A stretch of 63,336 nt of DNA, filler included, from Octopus bimaculoides (GCF_001194135.2; 4 parts of 4 records of this genome joined end to end with filler, not necessarily neighbours in it), one strand, 5' to 3'. Counted from the whole stretch's first letter, positions 14,216 to 26,457 are shown. Notes: generated by a model not told the origin, from the letters alone. Made by a program: numbers and translations.

Positions 14216-14512
14216 ATCATCATCATCGTTTAACGTCCAACTTCCATGCTAGCACGGGTTGGATGATTTGACTGAGGACTGGCAAGCCAGAAGGCTGCAC
14301 CAGGCTCCAATCTGATCTGGCAGAGTTTCTACAGCTGGATGCCCTTCCTAACGCCAACTACTCCGAGAGCGTAGTGGGTGCTTTTACATGCCACTGGCAC
14401 GAGGGCCAGTCACATGGTACTAGCAATGGCCTCACTCAAAAAGGTGTTTTTTACGTGCCACCTGCACGGGAGCCAGTCCAGCGGCACTGGCAACGACCTC
14501 GCTCAAATGATT
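14216..14512 (-). mobile_element. SINE family C (RTE-type tail ending GGACGTTAAACGATGATG)
   Basis: Matches copies at 22521, 23305, 26458 and 32145. Confidence 0.85.
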
Positions 14513-14519
14513 TTCTAAT

Positions 14520-14970
14520 GCATCACAACCATATGTGCTCAACATGGCGATCTCATATCAATATAAACAGTTCATGACCTTGCAGGTGGGGCCCAGTTTA
14601 AATTTTCATCAAGTTGAGTAACCCATCCCACTCAAAAGGTCCCTGAACAAGGGTTGCTTAAGGATGTTGAATGAAACACTTATGTTTTGAAGGGTGCATT
14701 ATTCAAACCCCAAAGAATTCCTCTCAACACATGGCTATGATGCTCCCCCACTACTTCTGCTCATGATCAGAGATGCACATATCGTCAGCCACCAAGAGAC
14801 ATGCTCAACTGATTAAGGTCAAACAACTGACAAGCAAAACTGTGGTATTAAGCAGAATATTTGCTGTAGCCCATCTTTTATACCAAGACAAACCAATGTA
14901 ACATGATAACACTTCGGACCAGTTAAGATCGGAAGCTATGAGAGCCATTGCCTGGTACTGTATTGGGGCA
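14520..14970 (-). mobile_element. Interspersed repeat abutting a (TAA)n array (second copy at 52735-53105)
   Basis: About 360 bp of clear identity between the two copies; both start at an AAT/TAC microsatellite; no ORF. Confidence 0.75.
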
Positions 14971-14995
14971 TTATTATTATTACTATTATTATTAT

Positions 14996-16698
14996 TTTTT
15001 ACTTTTAATCTGCATGTTTGTTACAACCACTTGCTGAGACACACCCAGTGTCCTGGGGCAAGCGAAGGATAAGAGATGTTACAATATGACTGAAAGCTTG
15101 GGGAGTAGCTAAATATCTTCATGTAATATAACATAGACATTTAAATGGATAGGGTTTTTCTAAGGATGTCAGCAGTACTTGTCAACACAATCTTTTGGAT
15201 TTCTCTGAGACATGGTTCACCTGGGATCTTATATAAATGTTTCTGACATCCCTTTCTTATCATACCTAGGGCACTTACAATAACAGGGATAATTCTCGCT
15301 TGAAGATGCCACATCTTTTGTATTTCAATTTCCATGTCCTTATATTTACTTAGTTTGTCAAATTTCTTTACAGATATATTTTTATCAGTGGGAACACTTA
15401 CACTTGTTAGTCTACAAATATTTTTTTCCCTGCCTTTAATAATCATGTCTGGTCGATTAGCCTGGGTCGTTCTGTCAGTGTTGACTGGAAAATCCCAGAG
15501 GATAGTAACATTTTTACCTTTAACGACTGGCTCAGGATGATGTTCATACCAATAAGCAGGAGTGCTGATTATGTAGTGTTTCCATATCTTCCAATGTAAA
15601 TACTGCCCTACCCTAATGTGGCGATTTTTGTATTCGTTTGGTGGTCTATTGTTTCGTCAAATATGTCGCAGAATCTGCATTTGAGGTCAGAACCATTTTA
15701 AAGAACATTAGCCTGGTAATTTTTTGTGCTGCCAATATATAAAACCTTCAGTCTCTGCTTTCAGACCTGAACTTCTCAGCCACCAATGGGTTGTTGCTTG
15801 GTCTACATCAGCATTTTGACTTCGAAGTATATACTGACCATTCAGAGGCTTCTGGCTCCACCACTCCTCAGTTTGTTTCTGCCTGTTCTTTTTCGCAGTC
15901 TGCTTGATCCATTTTGCTTGTTTTGTGGCAGGCGTTTCAGGTTCATCAACTATTTCAGAGTTAATGCCAAGTTCCCTTGCGAATTTGCAAGCTTCTTTGA
16001 CAATGGAATGTGATTTTTTGCTTGTTTTCGTGTTTGCACACAAGCTGCAGCATTCTCTCTTAGATGAGTACCTTGTTCATTGCTGTTGTGGAGGTCTTAT
16101 AGCACAGTTCTTCCTGCATCATTCCTCTTCCTCCATTATTTCTAGGTTGGTCCAGGCAATCATCATCTGCTTTTGGGTGGTGCATGTTCTTAAAAGTTAG
16201 TAGTTTTCTTGTCTTCTTGTCCAGGCATTGGAGCTCTGTAAGATTCCAGTTAATGATATTAAAACTGTATTGGACTACTGGAAGTGCCAGGGTGTTAATG
16301 GTTTTGATGTGATTTTTAGAGTTCAGTTCAGTTCTTAGTATGAGTTTTATTCTCCCATAATATTTCTTTCTTATTTTTCCTTCATGGTAGCATGTCGTAT
16401 ACAATCTCCCTCGTTTATCCACAGCTACTTGTAATTTTCTTGTGAGTCAACCTCCTTCATGATAGTGTCGGTGTCTAATTTAATGGAAGCTGTTTGCCTG
16501 AGATTGCCTCTTACAAAAGTTGCTTTAGCACACTTATCAAGGCCAAAGTCCAGCCCAATGTCATTACTGAATTCTTTAACACTTGTTAGCTCTTCGTCAT
16601 TTCTAGCAAACAGCTTCAGATCGCCCATATAAAACAGATGGTTTATTGTTGTATTGTAAACTTTGGACACATACCTGGTGTTATTTAATTCGTTTGAG

Positions 16699-16699
<1 letters not shown>
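14996..16699 (-). mobile_element. 5'-truncated R4/Dong-like non-LTR retrotransposon with C-terminal restriction-like endonuclease
   Basis: RT remnants (HLFYMGDLKLFA, FGLDKCAK, YKYLG-like), C-terminus RPDMII..VSVPTDKNISVKKFDKLSKYKD..IPVIVSALG..QKIVLTSTADILRKTL; (TAA)n on both sides. Confidence 0.85.

Positions 16700-16758
<59 letters not shown>
16699..16758. repeat. (TTA)n array separating two REL LINEs
   Basis: About 20 perfect TTA units. Confidence 0.95.
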
Positions 16759-17002
16759 GTTCAGTAGTTTTATTTTTATAACGTGCTTTCACTTCACTAC
16801 CGAGCGCAGCTCTGTGCGCCTTGGGTATGTGCTGTGGTTTGCTGTGGTGCTCTTATGTTTACTGTATTGAAAGTGTTTTGCGTAGAATGTGTGCAGTACC
16901 CAGTAGTGCAATTTTCTGTATGTTATATATATTTGTAAGTCCTGGTGTTTTTGTTATGTATTTGTCTGAATATTTTTTTATTATACCTAAGGCACCTACT
17001 AT
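16759..17002 (-). mobile_element. 3' end of a second R4/Dong-like REL LINE family
   Basis: Minus-strand IVGALGIIKKYSDKYITKTPGLTNIYNIQKIALLGTAHILRKTLSIQ*, short 3'UTR running into (AAT)n; 5' part lost in a gap. Confidence 0.85.
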
Positions 17003-17099
17003 NNNNNNNNNNNNNNNNNNNNNNNNNNNNNNNNNNNNNNNNNNNNTTAATTAATTAANNNNNNNNNNNNNNNNNNNNNNNNNNNNNNNNNNNNNNNNN

Positions 17100-18400
17100 N
17101 NNAACCCACACAACCCCACACATACACAGACACACACCTATACACACATACCTAACCCACACAACCCCACGCACACACAAACACCCCCCCCCTATATATA
17201 TATACACACACACACATAAACGTACACACAACCGCACACACACGTACATTCACGTATACACACGCACACACACATACACACGCATGCTCACACACACATA
17301 CACACACTCACGCACACACACATACACACGCCGCACATACACACACGCACAAACATATACACACACATACATACACACATACGCACATGTACGTACACAT
17401 ACCTCCCACGCACTCATACAGACACGCACACAATTACACACACATGGGCATAAACATACACGCGCATACACGCACACATGCACGTAAGCACATGCAAACA
17501 CACACACACACAGGAACGCACTTATACTCCCCACACACAACCCCACGCACACCCGCATACATAAACTCACATACACACACATGCATACACATACATACGC
17601 GCGCACACACAATATATACATACACGCACACACATACACGCACACACACATACACGCACACACATACACGTACACACATACATGCACACACACATACATG
17701 CGTACACACACACACGCGCACAAGAATGTACACGTACCTGACACACACAACCCCACGCACACACGTACACATACCCACATACACACACACACGCACACAT
17801 ACACTCATGCATACGTACACGAACACACAACTACACACACATACACACACATGCACACACATACGCACGCGCATACACGTGCAAAAAAATGTACATATAC
17901 TTCCACACACAACCCTTCGTTCACACCACACACACACACATGCACACAGACAAAATACACGCACACACATATACACACACGCATACACAGAGTAACGCAC
18001 ATTTATCCCACAGACACAACCCTACATACAACCCCATGCACACACATATACACACGCACACTGCACACACACACTGCACACAAAACACACACACAACATA
18101 TACATACATACACACACACACATACTTCAAATTACCAATTAAACACCTTTCTACTGACCATTCTCCTATACACAATTGAAGGGACACACTACTCAAAAAA
18201 CAGCCACTCCTACTATAAATTCTTCCTAAGATATTAAGCTACACACTGTCCACTCACACATACACATATAAACAGCCATAACCACACACACACAACACAT
18301 ACACACATACGGATACACACGTGCTATTATTACACTCACACACACATACTCACACACAGACATGCACGCACACACATACCAACACATTCACACACATATC
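17100..18400. repeat. Complex CA-rich satellite with recurring CACACAACCCC(AC) motif
   Basis: Motif recurs near 17110, 17160, 17535, 17745, 17905 and 18015. Confidence 0.8.
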
Positions 18401-18419
18401 TCCTTCTCTTACACTCTCC

Positions 18420-19700
18420 TGTCTTAGAAAGAACTTTTTCTTCACCCATCCCCTTCTGGTAATTTCAAAATGTAACCACATGTGAATCGTTGGCAATTTT
18501 CTTCCTCTGTGTTCCATTCTTTTGGACTTTCCTCTATTTCTGAAGTTCTTTAAATAACAATGAAAAGAGGTGCCATATTTTTGTAGCGATGATTGATATA
18601 TTTTAAGCTCTAGGTAACCCATTACGAGGTTTGCAATCACTGGAGCAGCTCAGGTTCCCATTGCAATTCCACATTTTTGTTGATAAACTGTATCAAGCAT
18701 GAAATAGTTGTTCAGTAGGATGAATTTGAGTGCTGTGATTATGAATCTGTGGTTGATGCGCCCTGAGATCTCTTGTGGGTATTTTTCTAGCTAGAAGTTG
18801 ATTGCTTCTATACCATAATCGTGTGGGATATTGTGTACAAATTCACCACATTGAATGATATTAACAAGGTTCCGTCATTTATTGTCTTTGGGAGGTGGTT
18901 AAGCATGTCTAAGTCATCCCTGATGAAGCTTTTCACATATTTTAGAAATGATTTGAGTAAGTTGCCAAGGAAGTTGCTCAAACGATAGATTTCACAAGCA
19001 GGGCCAGCAATGATGGGTCTCAGTTTGAGGTCAGTAGGGGTAGGAACATTAATGCATAGGCTTGGAGAAACTTTGCAAGCTTTACAAACATGTAGATTTT
19101 TGTGTATTTTAGGTAATCCATAGAATAGACTAGGTTTGTATTTAAAATTGGATAAATAGTCAATTTCATTTTTAGGTAAGGTCCTTTCCACGTATTTGAA
19201 GTAAGGAGGATAAGTTCTTAAGTGTCTTCTGTGGGTTGTACTATCTTCTCATAGTAAATATAATTTTCCAACATGGAGAGTATTAAATTTTTGTAATACT
19301 CTGTGTCTATCACCACTACCGCACTTCCTTTGTCGACTTCTTTAATGGTGAGGTTTATATCATTTTTAACTCGATTAGGTCTTTCCATTCATTTACATTA
19401 AGGTTGGATTTAATTCATTGTTTTTGTAGGGTATTAAAAGGAAAATTGGTAATGTGTTCACAAAAAGCATCAAGTGCTTTATTTCTGCCTTTTGTAGGAC
19501 AGCATTCGCTTTTGTCTTTTACTATTGAGTCATCTTTGCTGGTGTAGTTGTGAAGTGCTTCTGTGAGGTGTAATTTTTGGCAGAAATCCACAGTGTTATC
19601 CTTAATTTCATTTGGGTTCGATCTGCAAGGGGTTGGAATAAAACTTAAAGCTTTTTAGTTTGATGTTGTTTGGTGGATCGCCGTTAGCAATCATTCATGT
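18420..19700 (-). mobile_element. Penelope-like element, degenerate RT; GIY-YIG domain not seen
   Basis: VDKGSAVVV, FYGLPKIHK, LKLRPIIAGP, SFIRDDLD, FNVVNLYT, GIAMGT*AAPVIANLVMGYLE; breaks off around the YxDD region. Confidence 0.85.
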
Positions 19701-19744
19701 TTGCAAGAAGATTCAATTCTTTCTTCTCCCACTTTGGTACCATC

Positions 19745-20460
19745 TTCGTTTTTCAAGCCTAGAGGGGGAGTAGAGGATAGAGAGGAAGTGAGAGATAGAG
19801 GGAGGTAGAAAAGAAGAGACACGGGGGGGGGGATAAGGAAAGAGAGAGGGTGATATGAAGGAAAGAGAGAGGNNNNNNNNNNNNNNNNNNNNNNNNNNNN
19901 NNNNNNNNNNNNNNNNNNNNNNNNNNNNNNNNNNNNNNNNNNNAAAAGAAGAGACACGGGGGGGGGGATAAGGAAAGAGAGAGGTGATATGAAGGAAAGA
20001 GAGAGGGTGATATGAAGGAAAGAGAGAGGGATGTGGGGTGTTAGCGAGACAGAGGGAGGGAGAGGAGGGGAAGAGAAAGAGAGACAGAGGATGGGAAGAG
20101 AAAGGGAAACAGACTGAGGGAAAGACAGGAAAGGATGAAGGATGTGAGGGAAAGAGAGAAACGGAGTGAGAAGAGGGGGAAAATGAGAAGTATATGAGGG
20201 AAAGGGTGAGGTGACAGGAGGTAAATGTTGAGAGAGACAAAGGAAGGAAAAGAGAAGTGAGAAAAGAGGAAGATATGAAAGGGAGGGAGAGAGATGAGAA
20301 AAAAGAGTAAGGTATGGAAGAGAGAGGGAAGGAGGTAGGTGTAAAGAGAGATAAAGGGAGGGAGAGAAGTGCAGGAAAGGGAGGAATATATGTGAGGGAA
20401 GGAGAGAGGAAGAGGTAGGTATGAAAGAGAGAGTGGGTGAAGGTAACGAAGATGTGTAGG
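19745..20460. repeat. Purine-rich (GA) tract with internal tandem unit
   Basis: Strongly A/G-biased on the + strand. Confidence 0.85.
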
Positions 20461-21264
20461 AAAACGAAAAAAAATTTTTAATTCTAATTAAGATTTATTA
20501 TTCTAAAGAGACAAAGTGAAAAAAAGAAACGACAGTGAAAAAAAAGGGGGTTTTGTAATGATTTCTATTTTTTAAATAGAATGAAAACGAAGAGGTCGCT
20601 GTAAGAAAAGTTAAGATTATATTTCACTGAAAATTCTCAGAAAGTAAACAAACACTAAGTCTTAACTCAAATTTTCATCTGNNNNNNNNNNNNNNNNNNN
20701 NNNNNNNNNNNNNNNNNNNNNNNNNNNNNNNNNNNNNNNNNNNNNNNNNNNNNNNNNNNNNNNNNNNNNNNNNNNNNNNNNNNNNNNNNNNNNNNNNNNN
20801 NNNNNNNNNNNNNNNNNNNNNNNNNNNNNNNNNNNNNNNNNNNNNNNNNNNNNNNNNNNNNNNNNNNNNNNNNNNNNNNNNNNNNNNNNNNNNNNNNNNN
20901 NNNNNNNNNNNNNNNNNNNNNNNNNNNNNNNNNNNNNNNNNNNNNNNNNNNNNNNNNNNNNNNNNNNNNNNNNNNNNNNNNNNNNNNNNNNNNNNNNNNN
21001 NNNNNNNNNNNNNNNNNNNNNNNNNNNNNNNNNNNNNNNNNNNNNNNNNNNNNNNNNNNNNNNNNNNNNNNNNNNNNNNNNNNNNNNNNNNNNNNNNNNN
21101 NNNNNNNNNNNNNNNNNNNNNNNNNNNNNNNNNNNNNNNNNNNNNNNNNNNNNNNNNNNNNNNNNNNNNNNNNNNNNNNNNNNNNNNNNNNNNNNNNNNN
21201 NNNNNNNNNNNNNGGAAATAATTAACAGCAGGGAATAACATTCTTCTCACCAGCAAAAAATTAT

Positions 21265-21317
21265 TGTTTACAAAAACAGCAGTAACTGTATTCAGCTGAA
21301 TAGACGTCAGTGATTGG
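21265..21317 (+). promoter_or_regulatory. Candidate CFAP276 proximal promoter motifs: forkhead TGTTTACA (21265-21272), CRE-like GACGTCA (21303-21309), inverted CCAAT (21313-21317)
   Basis: Motif matches 45-100 nt upstream of the ATG; region further upstream is an N gap. Confidence 0.4.
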
Positions 21318-21362
21318 TTTAAATTACAGAAATACGACAACTTTAACATGAAATAACTTGCG

Positions 21363-21512
21363 ATGTACAATTTTTTGTTAACAAGGCTAAGAGAAAAAGT
21401 TGTTTTATATGATACATTCTACCAGTATCCCAAGTTTGAAAGTGTTTCGTTAAGAAAACAAGTGTTGCTCGTCAAACCAAAAAGATCCGAGAAGGATACT
21501 TATTCGCAAGAG
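21363..21512 (+). CDS. CFAP276: CFAP276 (C1orf194) exon 1: MYNFLLTRLREKVVLYDTFYQYPKFESVSLRKQVLLVKPKRSEKDTYSQE
   Basis: ATG with in-frame TAA 9 nt upstream; phase-0 GTAAAA donor joins exon 2 in frame; DTFYQYPKFES is reminiscent of the RDP..P..ND N-terminal motif. Confidence 0.7.
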
Positions 21513-21889
21513 GTAAAATTCCAATCCTTGTTCTTGTACGAAGAAGTTTCCTTTGAAAAACAATACTTCTTTCTTCTTACACACGGCTGCAAATGGAAGT
21601 ACTATTTATCACCATATGGTTTTTTTCGATGATAACTCTAGCTTGCATCACTGATTTTAATGTACTATATTAAACTTTTAGTGTAATATATTACGTTTTT
21701 TTAAACGATATATTATAGTAGACCATTATGAAATAACAAGTACTACATTTTTGTCAGTTTTAGCAGAGTAGAATTCTACTGGTTGTAAAATAGTGGTTGG
21801 GGACAAACACAAAAGACACACAGCAGATATATTTGTACACACACACATACACAGACACACACACACACACACGCATGCACACATGTATA

Positions 21890-22055
21890 ATAGGCTTCTT
21901 TCAGCTTCTGGCTATGAAATCCACTCACAAGTTTTTGGTTGGCCCTGGGCTATAGTAGAACACACTTCCCCATGGTGCCATGCAGTGGGCAGTGGGACTG
22001 AACCTGGAACCATTTGGTTGGCATGTAAAGTTCTTATCACACAGCCACACCTAAG
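21890..22055 (-). mobile_element. SINE family A in CFAP276 intron 1
   Basis: Matches other family A copies. Confidence 0.8.
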
Positions 22056-22215
22056 CCTCTACACAAACACAGTGATAAATGTCCACATATACACTTCATT
22101 CCACTTTTTGTCTATCCACCCATTCACACACACACTTTAGCACTTGTCTACCACACAGTTACACCCTTCTTAACTAAACAGTCATGCTTATTTATTTATC
22201 TTTTCAAATTTTCAG

Positions 22216-22448
22216 GTATGTATTCCAAATGAACCATACCATATTTCCCATCAAGCTGAGCCTTGGAATAATTTGCATAACACACGGACATTACAAAGCT
22301 CTCGGCGGCTGGTTTTCCATCATGACCCTTTGGCTCCAAATGACAGCCTGGATTTTATTCTTAAATCAGTTTATGAACACGATAAGGGCCTTTTCAAAAC
22401 CAAAGCTGACACTTTGGTGCAGAAGGAAACTTTAACTGATGATCATAG
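22216..22448 (+). CDS. CFAP276: CFAP276 exon 2: VCIPNEPYHISHQAEPWNNLHNTRTLQSSRRLVFHHDPLAPNDSLDFILKSVYEHDKGLFKTKADTLVQKETLTDDH
   Basis: TTTTCAG acceptor, AG|GT donor (phase 2); aligns by eye with human PTHLAQQQEPWSRLNSTPTITSMRR..DPEIPKDDLDFRLAALYNHH. Confidence 0.92.
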
Positions 22449-22520
22449 GTATATATGTCTATGTATATTTCTTAATATATATTGAACATGTATATGTGTT
22501 GATATTGAATATATGTTTCA

Positions 22521-22800
22521 TCGTCATCATCATCATCATTTAATGTCTGTTTTCCATGCTGGCATGGGTTGGACAGTTTGACAGGAGTTAGCCAGCTGGA
22601 TAGTTGCCCAGACTCCGTTTGGCATGGTTTCTATGGCTGGATGCCTTTCCTAACGTCAACCACTTTACAGAGTGCACTGGATGCTTTTACATGGCACCAG
22701 CACAGGCACTTTTATGTGGCACTGGCAAGGGAACTTTTACATAGTACTGCCACAGGTGCCTTTATGTGGCACGAACCCACAAAACTAGGATCTCTTGGCT
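22521..22800 (-). mobile_element. SINE family C
   Basis: (CAT)n tail and CTGGATGCC(T)TTCCTAACG core. Confidence 0.8.
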
Positions 22801-23304
22801 GAGAGAAGGATGTTGGGGAGATGTCTGTATGCATGGGCAGCTATGATTTTATTTAGCTTGGCATGTCTTCTCAAGTACTGCAAACCACCAGAAGACTTAG
22901 TCCCTTGTCATTTCCTCTGTGAGGCCCAACATCTGAAGATCCTTTCTCACCACTTCATCAACAATTGATTGGTACTGATGGTACTGACATCAGAAGAAGG
23001 AAAGGCAAAGTTGACTTCAGCAGCATTTGAACTCAGAAAGTAAAGGGCTATAACTGAATACCGCATGGCATTTCATTTGATATTCTTACACTTCTGTCAA
23101 CTGACCTGTAATATTGCCTCAGACTATTGATAACATGGTTATATAAGTTATAATTCTAACATACAAGATTGGACACAATCTATGATAAAGGGATGGACAG
23201 CTGGTAAAGCAAAAAAAAAAAAAAATTCAGTCAGCTCATTCGGTGCTTCAACAGATTCCAGATTGTGTTAGTGAAATGGAACATTATATATATATATATA
23301 TATA

Positions 23305-23633
23305 CCGCCTGACTGGCCTCCGTAGGATTTTCGAGCGAGATCGTTGCCAGTGCCCCTGGACTGGCTTGTGTGCGTGGCACATAAAAGACACCATTTCGAG
23401 CGTGGCCGTTGCCAGTATCGCCTGACTGGCCTTCGTGCAGGTGACACGTAAAAACACCTACTACACTCTCTGAGTGGTTGGCGTTAGGAAGGGCATCCAG
23501 CTGTAGAAACTCTGCCAAATTTAGATTGGAGCCTGGTGTTGCCATCCAGTTTCACCAGTCCTCAGTCAAGTCGTCCAACCCATGCTAGCATGGAAAGCGG
23601 ACGTTAAACGATGATGATGATGATGATGATGAT
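23305..23633 (+). mobile_element. SINE family C, young-looking copy with internal tandem unit
   Basis: GTGGTTGGCGTTAGGAAGGGCATCCAGCTGTAGAAACTCTGCC...GGACGTTAAACGATGATG. Confidence 0.88.
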
Positions 23634-23744
23634 ATATATATATATATATATGTAGAGAGAGAGAGAGAGAGAGAGTCGTCTAAGAGACCATAAATCAGGG
23701 TAAAGATGCACTCATATATTTGTCAGTAAAGGGGATATATTAAT

Positions 23745-24027
23745 CGAAATGTATAGTATTAAATATCCATCATGGCTGATCTTACCAATCAGTTTTGTGT
23801 AAAGAATACAATGGAATGTTAAGTAACAGTCTGATTATATAACTTTACACTCATCAGAGTTAGCTGATATGGAAGGGAATATGGAATGTCATATTCCCTT
23901 CCATATCGGCTAACTCTGATGAGTGTAAAGTTATATAATCAGACTGTTACCAACATTCCATTGTATTCTTTACACAAAACTGATTGGCAAGATCAGCCAT
24001 AATAGATATTTAATACTATACATTTCG
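23745..24027. mobile_element. Foldback (palindromic) element, about 139-bp arms and 6-nt loop
   Basis: Arms 23745-23883 and 23890-24027 are nearly perfectly complementary; related copy at 61052-61325. Confidence 0.85.
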
Positions 24028-25274
24028 GATAATATGTATGTACTCATATGTGTGAATAATTGTGTTGTGAACAGTAATTCTATGTATCTTTTAATATTGC
24101 ATATAGATATATTTTTGTATATTTTCTTAATTTTGCGAAGTTGTATTTTATAGTGATGAATGCTACCCCACTAATAAGTGTCATGTAGTACATGTAAGAA
24201 AGATTAATCCAACAGAAAATATGAACTACTTACATTGAGACTGCAGTGTTAATTGATATGCTTATCCTCAAACTTTTTAACATCTGTTTTTCTTTGCTGG
24301 ATTGAGTTGGATGGGTCTGCTGTACAGAATATCACCATTTATCTTGATCTTTTGTACTGTTATATGTCAAACTCAGAATCTTAATACTTGTGTCTATTCA
24401 CATTACATATCCATAGTAGCAAAGTTGTATGTCTATACTGACTGTTGTTTTCAACACACTTAGGCTTTGCCTCTCATGAAGATTAATCCCACACAACCAA
24501 CAGATCACACTTTTCTCATTTCTTTCTGATTTCTGCAGATATTCTACATTCAGTATCTATGCAGCATCAATTGCTTCACACTGTTTGCTTCTTTTGTAAG
24601 AAGAGAGAAACAGTATTCCTTTTTTTCCATCTTTCAATCACAGGGCCTCCTAAATTGGACAGAGGAAGGAAGGGATAGAGTTACCCTCAAGGCAGAGACC
24701 TAGCCTGAATACTTGCAGTAGAGCCAGAGTCTGCTAAAGCACTCAGCATGCCAGGAGGTGGTGTTGAAACAGATGACAGATTAAGTCAACCTAGTTGACA
24801 ATAACTTTAATCATTTTTATAGACTTGTAGCTATTATATTACTACAACTACTTCCCTATTAATTATATGACTTAGGTAAACAAAACAATTAATCATATTT
24901 GAGCAGTTTATGAACCTCGTTTTACAGGTGTCCACTTTCTTTTTTTTTATTTTACATGTAGTGTATCTGACGTCCTGCTTCTCTCTTGATGTAATTGAGA
25001 TTCTACTGCGTCACTTTGTATCCATTGTACCCATATAAACACATATTTTTGGAGTTCTTATCTATCTCTTACATGCCCTGATGATATTTAGGGTTCGTTC
25101 TGCAATAAATCTTAAACATAAGATGAATATAATCTGTTGGATGTGTAATATTAACTTGCATGAAAGGCTAAATGCAAATGAGTTTAGAGAATGGCCTGGG
25201 ATTAAAGTATCAGCCAATGTAGATAAATAATTTCTTTGGTGAGGATATATGATGTAGATAGATGATATGTATGT

Positions 25275-25640
25275 ATTCAGTTGGGCAACTTGCCCAGACC
25301 AATGCTACTCTTCTTCACCAGATGTTTTGATCTTTCATGGCAGTCTTCATATACTCAACCTGATATCCAGTGTCTTCCACAAGTTGATTGATATATGCAC
25401 TTCTTGGTCTGCTGTTACCTGTATGTCCATGCATGGGTTTTCAGGGAAAGAGATCACTGAACACTATATCCTTGCTTCTCTAGTAGTGTCCTGCATAAAA
25501 TGTTCTCTGATTATCAAGTTGATAGTAGGAAAACTACTTTTCTGTCACTGCTGTGTCGGTTGTTGTTGTCAAGAAAGATTGAGAACTGTACAAAGCATTC
25601 TTGTGTATGCATTGTCGAGTTTCTTTTCAAGTCTCGTTTT
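25275..25640 (-). mobile_element. RTE LINE C-terminal fragment
   Basis: AGHY*RSKDIVFSDLF..KPMHGH..RPRSAYINQLVEDTG..TAMKDQNIW. Confidence 0.7.
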
Positions 25641-25948
25641 AAGTAAACATTTATCAAACATCTATTACTACTACTAACTCTGTTGCCATTATGAATCTAT
25701 TTATATAATAATATAATATGTAATGAACTTATTGTATACAGTGCTCAGGTGCACTGCAACTCATTGAAAAAAAGTAACCTAAACTGCATGAACAGTCAAA
25801 CTGTTAACATCACTATTACCAATTAAATAATTTTACCTGTCTTGCCCATAAAAAATTTGTCATGCTCTTCAGATATAATGAATTGTACAATTATATAATG
25901 AAATGTACATTAGTCTTATAATACCAATCATTTTTAATTAATATCTAG

Positions 25949-26067
25949 TCGACAATTAGTTAATCGTGAAAAAATACCTGAGAAAAAACCACTGGTGATG
26001 GATCATCCATTAAGAATTATCCCCTCAGAAAAGATGGAAGATTTCAACAGTGTCAAATTAGCCATTG
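25949..26067 (+). CDS. CFAP276: CFAP276 exon 3: (S)RQLVNREKIPEKKPLVMDHPLRIIPSEKMEDFNSVKLAI
   Basis: CTAG acceptor, G|GTCAGT donor; phases 2 and 1 bridge exons 2 and 4 exactly; corresponds to the IRHW..KESIHSIQGSI segment. Confidence 0.85.
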
Positions 26068-26457
26068 GTCAGTATTTATCTATGTTTCCTTACTTTATTT
26101 CAACTACTTTGGATCAAGATTAATTATTAAATGCTGTATTTTTTTAAACTTAATTCATGACTTAATTAGAAGAAGAGGAGCAGCATGCATATTATTATTG
26201 CAGGGCCTATGAGACTAGTCAGAGACAAAGAAGAAATAAGTTGCAACTTGTGGGTTATTCGCAAACCAGAAATCTGGTCCAAATGCTTATCTGCTAAAGG
26301 TACCTCAAAAGTCAGTTGGCGGTGTTAAACTGGGCCATGAATTAAGTCTCATGCTGATTGTAAGTACAGGAAGGCTACACTTTACTAAGGAAGTTAAAAT
26401 AATACCAAAACCTGTCTGTTTTCTATATTTGGCATAATAATTGTTCCTAATTTAGGC

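Noticed and set aside
17047-17058. TTAATTAATTAA island inside N runs (also 45638-45649 and 60832-60843)
   Set aside because: Identical palindromic six-frame-stop 12-mer centred in gaps: a scaffolding spacer, not biology.
17250-18237. Long ORFs rich in C/V/Y or H/T (also many at 6.1, 33.1, 57.7 and 61.6 kb)
   Set aside because: Translations of CA/TA microsatellites or N gaps.
23916-23925. CTGATGAG in the foldback arm, resembling a hammerhead core
   Set aside because: No helix II or GAAA at a suitable distance in either copy.
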